Below, one piece after another: positions 7,751 to 17,013 of a DNA stretch of 32,000 bases. The notes beneath the pieces are model-generated. The model ran no database searches and was not told the origin of the DNA. It saw only the letters and a program-made list of their open reading frames with translations. This DNA comes from Horticoccus luteus (lineage in GTDB: Bacteria; Verrucomicrobiota; Verrucomicrobiia; Opitutales; Opitutaceae). Made by a program: the position numbers and the translations under genes. The stretch's first letter is position 1, and each line of letters begins with the position of its first letter. Location of the stretch: the NCBI RefSeq assembly GCF_019464535.1, contig NZ_CP080507.1:360001-392000 (forward strand), in the 5' to 3' direction.

Positions 7751-7945
7751 GGGGAAGGGGATTCCGTCGTCGCCAGGACGACTACGGCCCGGGATGTCGT
7801 TTCCGACGGGTTTGGGCAAGGTTGAAGACGTCATGCCGGGGCGCGAAAAGTTCGACGGCGTCGAGGCCGGAGAACGGCGAAGGTGCAGCGGACGGGCGGC
7901 GATTTTGGCGTCGGCGACCGGTATCCGGCCGGCAAGAGTGGCGGC

Positions 7946-8395
7946 ATGGGAGCAAGCGACACAGTCGAGTTTACGGCCGCGGTGGGGCACGACGAAGCGG
8001 AAATCGCGGCGCTACTGGCGGCCGCGGATCTGCCGCACAGCGACATCGGCGCGCACTGGGCGAACTTCATCGTCGCCCGCGCGGAGGCGCGAATCGTCGG
8101 GGTGGTTGGCGCGGAAGTGCACGGGGCGGATGGGTTGCTGCGCTCTCTGGCCGTGGCGGCGGCATGGCGGGGCCGGGGGCTGGGACGGCAGTTGGTGCAA
8201 CGGTTGCGCGTCGCGCAGCCGGCGGTGCGAAGGTGGTGGGTGCTGACGACGACGGCGGAATCGTTTTTCGCCGAGCTGCGTTTCGGGCGAGTGGAGCGGC
8301 GGCTCGCGCCGGCGGCGATCGCGGCGACGGAGGAGTTTCGCACGCTTTGTCCGTCGACCGCGGTGTGTTTGGTGCGGCGCGAAGCCGGGCCGTAA
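7946..8395 (+). CDS. GNAT family N-acetyltransferase, ArsN2-like
   Basis: ORF 7883..8395; ATG 7946 gives a typical length of about 149 aa. Motifs: LLRSLAVAAAWRGRGLGRQLV, LTTTAESFFAELRFGRVERR, PAAIAATEEFRTLCPSTAV. These match my recollection of ArsN2-type acetyltransferases. Confidence 0.7.
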   Translation: MGASDTVEFTAAVGHDEAEIAALLAAADLPHSDIGAHWANFIVARAEARIVGVVGAEVHGADGLLRSLAVAAAWRGRGLGRQLVQRLRVAQPAVRRWWVLTTTAESFFAELRFGRVERRLAPAAIAATEEFRTLCPSTAVCLVRREAGP

Positions 8396-8442
8396 GCGAG
8401 GTGGCGTCGAAACGCCGGCGAATTTGCGGAGGCGCGGAGTGT

Positions 8443-8985
8443 TCAACGCGGCGCGAGCACGGCGCGCCGGAGTGCGCGATAATCTTCGGGAAGGAACAGT
8501 TCACGGTGCGATGTGAACTCGCTGGCGTCGCCGGACTGCCAGTGTTGCGCGAGAAAGACGGCGTGATCCTCGGCGTCGAGCTCCTGCCAATAAGGACAAT
8601 CGACGCAGTGGCTGCCGCTGACGCGCAAGCGCGCGCGGGCGGCGTCCTGCCGGCGGCAGTGTCCGTCGGCGCCGGTCTCACGAAATGAATTCCGGCAGGC
8701 GGCGGGGGAGGGTTGAAGACAGGTTTTTACCAACTGACGCGCGGCGATGGCGAGGAGCTCGTCGGTCGAATGCGCGAGGACGCGGGCGGTGCAGGCTTGG
8801 GCATCGGCGGCGCTGAGTTCACCGTCGCTCGGGTGCAGCGGGTGGCGTTCCTCGATCAGTTGCCAGAGGCGCGCGGCGATGGCGAGGAGCTCGGCGGGTG
8901 CCGGTGCGGGCCGATCGTTTTGCTCGTAAAAGCGGTGCAGGACGGCGGCGACGAGGGGATGAAAAGCGGCGAAATCCAACGGCAT
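8443..8985 (-). CDS. Hypothetical Cys-rich protein (no family recognised)
   Basis: ATG 8985; consistently G/C-rich third codon positions. Seven Cys, including HCVDCPYW. Contains an internal duplicated ELLAIAAR motif. Confidence 0.55.
   Translation of the reverse strand: MPLDFAAFHPLVAAVLHRFYEQNDRPAPAPAELLAIAARLWQLIEERHPLHPSDGELSAADAQACTARVLAHSTDELLAIAARQLVKTCLQPSPAACRNSFRETGADGHCRRQDAARARLRVSGSHCVDCPYWQELDAEDHAVFLAQHWQSGDASEFTSHRELFLPEDYRALRRAVLAPR
8738..8893. repeat. 24-nt perfect direct repeat inside the Cys-rich gene
   Basis: cgcgcggcgatggcgaggagctcg occurs at 8738-8761 and again at 8870-8893. The 132-nt offset equals 44 codons. Each copy encodes ELLAIAAR on the minus strand. Confidence 0.9.
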
Positions 8986-9198
8986 GGCGATCGAGCGGTG
9001 AGCAGCCGGCGCGGCGTGTCACGCGAAAAGCTCAGGGCGCGCGCAGAAATTTGGCTCGTTTGCGGGAGGCGACCGCGGCGAGACTCGCCCGCGAGGTGCT
9101 ATGCAAACGTCAGTCAAACGAGTCGAAGCCGGGGCGCAGGGCCGCGCGTGGGGTCAGTCTCCCGGCGCGGGGCGGCGGCGCGGAAAGGTGAGGCGGAC

Positions 9199-9813
9199 GT
9201 GAACCGGAAGACGGTGGCGATTTTGGTGTTCGACGACGTCGAGGTGCTCGACCTCGCCGGACCGTTTGAGGTGTTCGCGGTGACGGATGAGCTCTGCGAC
9301 TACGGAGCGTTCAACGTGTGCACGGTCGCGCCGCGGGCGGATGTGGTGCGGGCGCGGAACGGACTGCGCGTCGTGCCGGATTACGCGTTGGAGAATTGTC
9401 CGCCAGCGGAGATTCTCGTGGTCCCAGGCGGCTTCGGCACGCGGGCGCTGTTGAACGACGAGGCGGTGATCGCGTGGGTGCGAACACGGGCGACGGGCGC
9501 GGAGATCGTGATGAGCGTGTGCACGGGTGCGCTCGTGCTGGCGCGCGCGGGTTTGCTGGATGGGTTGCGGGTGACGACGCATCACGAAGTGTTGGACACG
9601 TTGCGGGCGTTGGCGCCGGCGGCGACGGTGGACGCGAACAGGCGTTATCATGACAACGGGCGCGTGCTGACGGCGGCGGGCATTTCGGCGGGGATCGACG
9701 GTGCGCTGCATCTGGTGCGGCGCGAACTCGGCGAAGCGGTGGCGGAGCGAACGGCGCGCTACATGGAATACACGCCGGAGGACGGACGCGCGCGGCAGGC
9801 TTTTATCCCGTGA
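9199..9813 (+). CDS. DJ-1/PfpI family protein (class I glutamine amidotransferase-like)
   Basis: GTG 9199 is preceded by aaggtgagg (SD-like) and gives an N-terminus NRKTVAILVFDDVEVLDLAGPFEVF typical of the family. Nucleophile-elbow context is IVMSVCTGALVLARAGLLDG. The longer ORF (from 8713) overlaps the opposite-strand gene and was rejected. Confidence 0.8.
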   Translation: MNRKTVAILVFDDVEVLDLAGPFEVFAVTDELCDYGAFNVCTVAPRADVVRARNGLRVVPDYALENCPPAEILVVPGGFGTRALLNDEAVIAWVRTRATGAEIVMSVCTGALVLARAGLLDGLRVTTHHEVLDTLRALAPAATVDANRRYHDNGRVLTAAGISAGIDGALHLVRRELGEAVAERTARYMEYTPEDGRARQAFIP

Positions 9814-10799
9814 AGCACGCCTCCGCTGCTCCTTCCCGCTCGGCGGTCGCGCTGGGCTTCGCAGCCATTTACGTGATCTGGGGCAGCACGTATCTGGGCA
9901 TTCGGATCGCGGTGGAGACGCTGCCGCCGTTTCTCATGGCGGGAGTGCGGTTCCTCATCGCGGGGGCGTTGCTGTTTGCGTGGGTGCGCTGGAAACATCG
10001 CGCGCGGCCGACGGCGCGGCAGTGGCGCGACAACGCGATCGCGGGCGGGTTGATGTTGCTCGGCGGCAACGGACTGGTGGCGTGGGCGGAACAGGAAATT
10101 CCGTCGGGCATCGCCACGCTGATCATTTCGATCGGGCCGGTGTTCATGGTCTTGTTCGACTGGCTGGTGCTGGCGGTGGGGCGTGACGCGGAGCGCGGGG
10201 CGCGGCCGACGGGCGCGACGTTTCTCGGGCTGGCGCTGGGTTTTATCGGACTCGCCCTGCTGGTCGGGCCGGACATCGCGGGCGCGTCGGCGACGCCGCT
10301 CGACGCGTGGCGGGTGGCGGGGCTGGTGGTGGCGTGCGTGGCGTGGTCGCTGGGTTCGATTTTCATGCGTTATGCGCGCTCGCCCGCGGAGCCCTTGACG
10401 GGGTCCGCGCTGCAAATGCTCACGGGCGGCGGGTGGTTGATGCTGGCCGCCGCATGGCACGGAGATTTCAACGGTTTCGAGTTCGCGGCGGTGAGCGGGC
10501 GGTCGTTCGCCGCGTGGCTGTATTTGATCGGCGTCGGTTCGCTCGTGGGATTCACGACCTATGTGTGGCTCATGAAAGTAAGCACGCCGGCGCGGGTTTC
10601 CACCTATGCGTATGTGAATCCGATCGTGGCGGTGCTGCTCGGTTGGTTGATTCTCAACGAGACCGTGGGGCCGCGCATGATCGTGGCGTCGGCGGTGATT
10701 GTCGCAGGTGTCGCGATCATCACGCTGCAGCGGGGCCGGCCGAAGGTCGCGACGGCGTTGTCGCAAGTGCAGCCGCCGATGGAGCCGGCGAAAAGATGA
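9810..10799 (+). CDS. EamA/DMT-family transporter (drug/metabolite exporter type)
   Basis: The GTG start overlaps the DJ-1 stop (GTGA at 9810-9813). About ten hydrophobic helices in two repeats. N-terminal FAAIYVIWGSTYLGIRIAVETLPPFLMAGVRFLIAG is typical of YedA/EamA proteins. Confidence 0.8.
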   Translation: MKHASAAPSRSAVALGFAAIYVIWGSTYLGIRIAVETLPPFLMAGVRFLIAGALLFAWVRWKHRARPTARQWRDNAIAGGLMLLGGNGLVAWAEQEIPSGIATLIISIGPVFMVLFDWLVLAVGRDAERGARPTGATFLGLALGFIGLALLVGPDIAGASATPLDAWRVAGLVVACVAWSLGSIFMRYARSPAEPLTGSALQMLTGGGWLMLAAAWHGDFNGFEFAAVSGRSFAAWLYLIGVGSLVGFTTYVWLMKVSTPARVSTYAYVNPIVAVLLGWLILNETVGPRMIVASAVIVAGVAIITLQRGRPKVATALSQVQPPMEPAKR

Positions 10800-10871
10800 A
10801 GCGAAAACGATCGCGACCCGGAAGCGCGCCGGGTTGCTTGTGCCATCGGACGAGCGCGGCGAATTTTCTCC

Positions 10872-11315
10872 ATGAACCCTCCATTCAACGAGCTCATCGC
10901 TCTTGCTGAAACGGACGCGGACATCGCGCGATGCTTTCCCGTGCTGGCGCAATTGCGGCCGCATCTGATCGAGACCGAATTCGTGGAGCGCGTGCGGCGA
11001 ATGCAACGCGAGGGTTTTTTGCTCGCACGGCTGGAGGCCGAGGGTGTTGTCCGCGCCGTGGCGGGTTTCCGGTATCACGAAAAACTGTTCTCGGGTCGCA
11101 CACTTTACGTCGACGATCTGGTGACGGATGACACGCAACGTTCGCGAGGCCATGGCCGGCAGTTGCTCGCGTGGCTGGAAGCGCAGGCGCGGGCGCGCGG
11201 CTGCGACCTCTTGGAACTCGACTCCGGCGTGCAGCGCGCTGCGGCGCACCGTTTTTATTTTCGCGAGCGCATGACGATCGGCGCTTATCACTTCTCGCGG
11301 GCACTGCAGGATTGA
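10872..11315 (+). CDS. GNAT family N-acetyltransferase
   Basis: 147 aa. Acetyl-CoA binding motif context VDDLVTDDTQRSRGHGRQLLAWLEAQARARGC; C-terminal AAHRFYFRERM. Confidence 0.75.
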   Translation: MNPPFNELIALAETDADIARCFPVLAQLRPHLIETEFVERVRRMQREGFLLARLEAEGVVRAVAGFRYHEKLFSGRTLYVDDLVTDDTQRSRGHGRQLLAWLEAQARARGCDLLELDSGVQRAAAHRFYFRERMTIGAYHFSRALQD

Positions 11316-11414
11316 CGTCCGCGGCCGACGGCGACGCGACGCCCGGCATCAAGCCCGCGGGCGGAGGGGCATGGGAGTGCGCTACGGGGCGCGTTCGCGT
11401 CGGCGCAGGCGCGA

Positions 11415-12185
11415 TCAGACGGGGAGGACGCGCAGGCAGTCGAGGAGCGTAGCGGCGTCGTGGAGAAATTGCTCGGGGGAATCGTCACGCACGAACTCCA
11501 GCAAGGCGGCGTGTTCGCCGGGCAGGGCGTTGACCAGGGCGAGGCGTTCCCGCCAGAGCGCGGCGCCTTCGGCGAGCGGACGGCGGTCCTGCACGGTGAT
11601 CCAGTGATAAACGTGCAGGTGGGCGAGTCGGGGGCCGATCGTGGTGAGACCGGCGCGGGCGGAGGCTTCGTCCATCCCCAGCAACGGCTGCCAGTAGGAG
11701 AGAACATTCGCGTCGGGCACGGCGGCGAGCAATTCGCGACAGGACGCGTTGGTATCGTTGAATGTGCCGCCGTGAAATTCCGGCGCGATCTGCACGCGGG
11801 CCCGCGCGGCCAGCGCGGCGATGCGGCGCAGCTCCGCGAACAAGTGATCGCGCTCGCCGGCGGCGATGTTCGCCGAGCCCACCGTGCCGGCCCACACGCG
11901 GATCAACGGCGCGCCGAGCTCGAGGGCTGTTTCCAAGACGGCCTCGAAGGCGAGCCCGTCGTCCTCGCTGTGGCCGACGCGGTAGTAGCTGCCGTAAGCG
12001 GCCACCGTGAGGCCCGCATCCGCGGTGAGTTCCCGCGTTTCACGAGCGCGGCCGAGTTCGCCGTGCGGCACGTGGATATCGCCGCCCCACTCGATCGCGC
12101 GCAGCCCGGCGCGCCGCACGAGTGCAACGATCTCCCGCGGCGAGAGTTTGCGAAACGTGATCGAAACGAGACCGGGCGAGAGCAT
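11415..12185 (-). CDS. Sugar phosphate isomerase/epimerase (xylose isomerase-like TIM barrel)
   Basis: 256 aa. Contains AIEWGGD, LIRVWAG and APEFHGGTF, with a terminal pattern typical of the AP-endonuclease-2/xylose-isomerase-like TIM fold (by eye). Confidence 0.7.
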   Translation of the reverse strand: MLSPGLVSITFRKLSPREIVALVRRAGLRAIEWGGDIHVPHGELGRARETRELTADAGLTVAAYGSYYRVGHSEDDGLAFEAVLETALELGAPLIRVWAGTVGSANIAAGERDHLFAELRRIAALAARARVQIAPEFHGGTFNDTNASCRELLAAVPDANVLSYWQPLLGMDEASARAGLTTIGPRLAHLHVYHWITVQDRRPLAEGAALWRERLALVNALPGEHAALLEFVRDDSPEQFLHDAATLLDCLRVLPV

Positions 12186-12275
12186 GGGTGACAGCTACGG
12201 GCGCGAGCGGGTCGCGCCAAGAGTGGAGTTGGCGAAACGGGGAAACTTCGACAGGTTGAAGGCGTCCCCAAACCC

Positions 12276-12722
12276 ATGAAACGCATTGTCCTTTTTCTGG
12301 CCGCCTTCTCCGCGCTGCTTTTGGCCGGCTGCAACACGCTCAATCACCGCATCGAGCAGCACGCCGCCATGTTCAACGCACTCGACGCGCCGACGCAGGC
12401 AAAGCTTCGCGCCGGCACGGTGGAGATCGGTTACACGACGGACATGGTTTATGTGGCGCTCGGCGCGCCGGACGAGAGTCGCGACAACGTCACGGCGAAA
12501 GGGCGCACGACCGACTGGATTTATAACAGCTATTCCCAGGATTACGTGGGCACGGCCAACGTGGGCTATCGCCGCTACGTGTCGTATAACAAGAAAACCG
12601 GCCAGGCCGTGGTGTGGATCGAGCCGGTTTACCGGGACGTGTATCGCGATCGCATCGAGCCGCGGATCCGCATCTCGTTCAAGAACGGCCGCGTGAGCGC
12701 GATCGAGCAGGTGAAGCGCTAG
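12276..12722 (+). CDS. BamE-like lipoprotein, dispersed sixth paralogue
   Basis: Lipobox MKRIVLFLAAFSALLLAGC. IGYTTDMVYVALGAPDES, TDWIYNSY and RIRISFKNGRVSAIEQV align by eye with the array copies at 4368-6669. Confidence 0.75.
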   Translation: MKRIVLFLAAFSALLLAGCNTLNHRIEQHAAMFNALDAPTQAKLRAGTVEIGYTTDMVYVALGAPDESRDNVTAKGRTTDWIYNSYSQDYVGTANVGYRRYVSYNKKTGQAVVWIEPVYRDVYRDRIEPRIRISFKNGRVSAIEQVKR

Positions 12723-12741
12723 CGCGAAAATCAGCGCCGCG

Positions 12742-12764
12742 CGCGGCCGGGTAAACCGGCCGCG
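12742..12764. terminator. Hairpin between convergent genes
   Basis: cgcggccgg (12742-12750), loop gtaaa, ccggccgcg (12756-12764): a 9-bp perfect stem between stops at 12722 (+) and 12778 (-). No adjacent U-tract. Confidence 0.4.
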
Positions 12765-12777
12765 GCCGCCGACGGTG

Positions 12778-14247
12778 TTAGTGGCCGGCGCGGGGGTTTT
12801 TCTTTTCCTCGCGTTTGAGCTCGGCGAGCGAACGCGTTTTCAAGCGGGCGGCACCACGCGTTTTCTTCGTCGGCAGGAGCGGGCCTTTTTTCAGGCGGCG
12901 CTTCGCGGCGGCGACGGACTTTTTGTATTGCGGGAGCCAGGGTGCGAGGGCGACGAGCATTTCGTCCACCATCTGCCAGATCTGCGGTGGCTGACACACG
13001 GCGCCGACGAGCGGATCCATCATGAACGCCTGCCGGAGGAGCTGGTCATCGCCGTGGACGGCGGCTTCGACGCCGAGGCGTTGCACGGAAATGCTGGCGT
13101 TGCACACGGCGGCGCAACCGAGCGGAAGTTCGCCGACGGAAGGGGTATTGAAGCCGAAGCGATCGACGAAGCCGGGCGCCTCGACGATGGCGTCGGGCGG
13201 GAGATTCGGGATGGTGGCGCCGTTCACGAGGTTGAAGTGTCCGCGATAAACACGGCCGGTTTCGAGCGCTTCGAGAATGCGACTACCGTGCTCCTCGCTG
13301 CGGTTTTCGGGCGTGTAGCGGAGCGGCGCGATCGTCTCCACGCCGCGGCCGAATTCCGCTTCGAACCAATGGCGGCCCTCGGTGCAGACGCGAAGATAGC
13401 CGCCGGTCTCGCCGTTGATCCACACGCTGAGGTCGATCCACGGGAGCATCTCGTCGGGGCGTTTCCGATACCACGGGACGTATTCGCTGAGGTGGCCGTT
13501 GGACTCGGTGGAATAGTAGCCGAAGCGCCGGAGCATATCGATGCGGACCTTCTCGGTCTGGGAGAACTCCTTGTGACGCTCGAACGCGGCGAGCAGTTCG
13601 CCGGTGCGTTCGCGGCCCTCGGCGAGGACGCTGACATACCACGTCTGGTGGTTGATGCCCGCGCAGACGATATCGACATCCTTCTTCTCCAGCCCGAGGA
13701 CTTGCGCGATCTGCCAGTGGCCGTGCTGGACGCCGTGGCAGAGGCCGACGCAGCGCACGCCGCCGTATTTGTTGGCGGCCCACGTCATCATCGCCATCGG
13801 GTTGGCGTAGTTGAGGAGCAGGCAATCGGGGGCGGCGACTTCGCGGATGTCGCGGCAGAAATCGAGGAGGGCGGCGATGCCGCGCTGGGCATACATGATG
13901 CCGCCGGCGCACAGGGTGTCGCCGACGCATTGGTCGACGCCGTATTTCAACGGGATTTCAATGTCGTGCGCGAAGGCTTCGAGGCCGCCGATCCGCACGA
14001 CGCAGAACACATAATTTGCGCCGGTGAGCGCGGCGCGGCGGTCCGTGGTCGCAGTGATGGTGGTCGTGAGGTTGTTCGCGGCGATGTCGCGGCGGCAGAG
14101 CGCAGCGACCATCTCGAGGTTGCGGCGGTTGAGGTCGGTGAAGGCGAATTCGACATTCGCAAATTCCGGGACGGTGAGGAGGTCGGCAACGAGCTTGCGG
14201 GTGAAACCGATGGAGCCGGCGCCGATGAACGCGATTTTGAGGGGCAT
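12778..14247 (-). CDS. Glycoside hydrolase family 4 alpha-galactosidase/alpha-glucosidase (MelA/AglA type)
   Basis: NAD-binding N-terminus MPLKIAFIGAGSIGFTRKL; also NYANPMAMMTWA, VGLCHGVQ and CAGINHQTW. Carries an extra Lys/Arg-rich tail of about 45 residues. Confidence 0.85.
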   Translation of the reverse strand: MPLKIAFIGAGSIGFTRKLVADLLTVPEFANVEFAFTDLNRRNLEMVAALCRRDIAANNLTTTITATTDRRAALTGANYVFCVVRIGGLEAFAHDIEIPLKYGVDQCVGDTLCAGGIMYAQRGIAALLDFCRDIREVAAPDCLLLNYANPMAMMTWAANKYGGVRCVGLCHGVQHGHWQIAQVLGLEKKDVDIVCAGINHQTWYVSVLAEGRERTGELLAAFERHKEFSQTEKVRIDMLRRFGYYSTESNGHLSEYVPWYRKRPDEMLPWIDLSVWINGETGGYLRVCTEGRHWFEAEFGRGVETIAPLRYTPENRSEEHGSRILEALETGRVYRGHFNLVNGATIPNLPPDAIVEAPGFVDRFGFNTPSVGELPLGCAAVCNASISVQRLGVEAAVHGDDQLLRQAFMMDPLVGAVCQPPQIWQMVDEMLVALAPWLPQYKKSVAAAKRRLKKGPLLPTKKTRGAARLKTRSLAELKREEKKNPRAGH

Positions 14248-14343
14248 GAGAAAAAGGGTGGGACAGCAGTGGAGGATGCCACGATGGCTGGCGACGGTGA
14301 AAACGACAAAGTGCGGCGCGGCGGGATCGGGGTCGCTCGCGCC

Positions 14344-14386
14344 AATAAAAAGGCGCCCCGCCGCGGAGGGACCGCAGCGGGGCGCC
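14344..14386 (-). terminator. Strong Rho-independent terminator of katG
   Basis: The minus strand has a 15-bp stem with one mismatch (14352-14366 / 14372-14386), a 5-nt loop, then TTTTTATT (plus 14344-14351). The stem starts 26 nt after the katG stop. Confidence 0.85.
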
Positions 14387-14412
14387 GTTTCAGGCGGAGG
14401 AGGGCTGGCCGA

Positions 14413-16644
<2,232 letters not shown>

Positions 16645-16721
16645 TTACGAGGGTGAGAGTGGCCGTCGATTAACGACTTTTCATCGCCCCGAACGAAGGC
16701 TGTCGCAAGCGCGAACGGGTT

Positions 16722-16747
16722 GAAAAAGCCCGGCGCTGGCGGCGGGC
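16722..16747 (-). terminator. Terminator-like hairpin plus T5, about 100 nt upstream of katG and about 270 nt downstream of the helicase stop
   Basis: The minus strand reads GCCCGCCGCCAGCGCCGGGC followed by TTTTTC. Outer 5 bp are GCCCG/CGGGC, then one mismatch, then 2-3 more pairs. Confidence 0.4.
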
Positions 16748-17013
16748 GACGCAGGGAAGGGCGTTTGCGGCGCGGAGATTGTCGGGTGGGCCGGGCGCTC
16801 CGCGCGCGGCTTGAGCGCAACGGCGGCTTCGGCGCACGCGTCCGATTACAAACGACCGCGCGCGGAGTGCACGGTCCACCGGCGTGGGCGCGGGCGTAAG
16901 GCGCGCGGGCCTATGAGCTGAAACGCAATCGAGGCAGCGCGGGACAGGAGCAACCGACGCTGCTGGAGGGAGCTGTGGCGCGCGGCAGGAGTCGCCCCCG
17001 CGCGACCAGAGAA

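Noticed and set aside
8713-9198. Upstream 162 codons of the DJ-1/PfpI ORF.
   Set aside because: It overlaps the opposite-strand Cys-rich gene and the divergent intergenic region. The family N-terminus (KTVAILVFDD) begins right after the GTG at 9199, which has an SD-like aaggtgagg upstream.
16664-16676. GTCGATTAACGAC near the katG start, considered as a PerR/OxyR/Fur-type operator.
   Set aside because: Only the 4-bp arms are truly palindromic. It has no resemblance to the consensus boxes I know. A match of this size is expected by chance many times in 32 kb.
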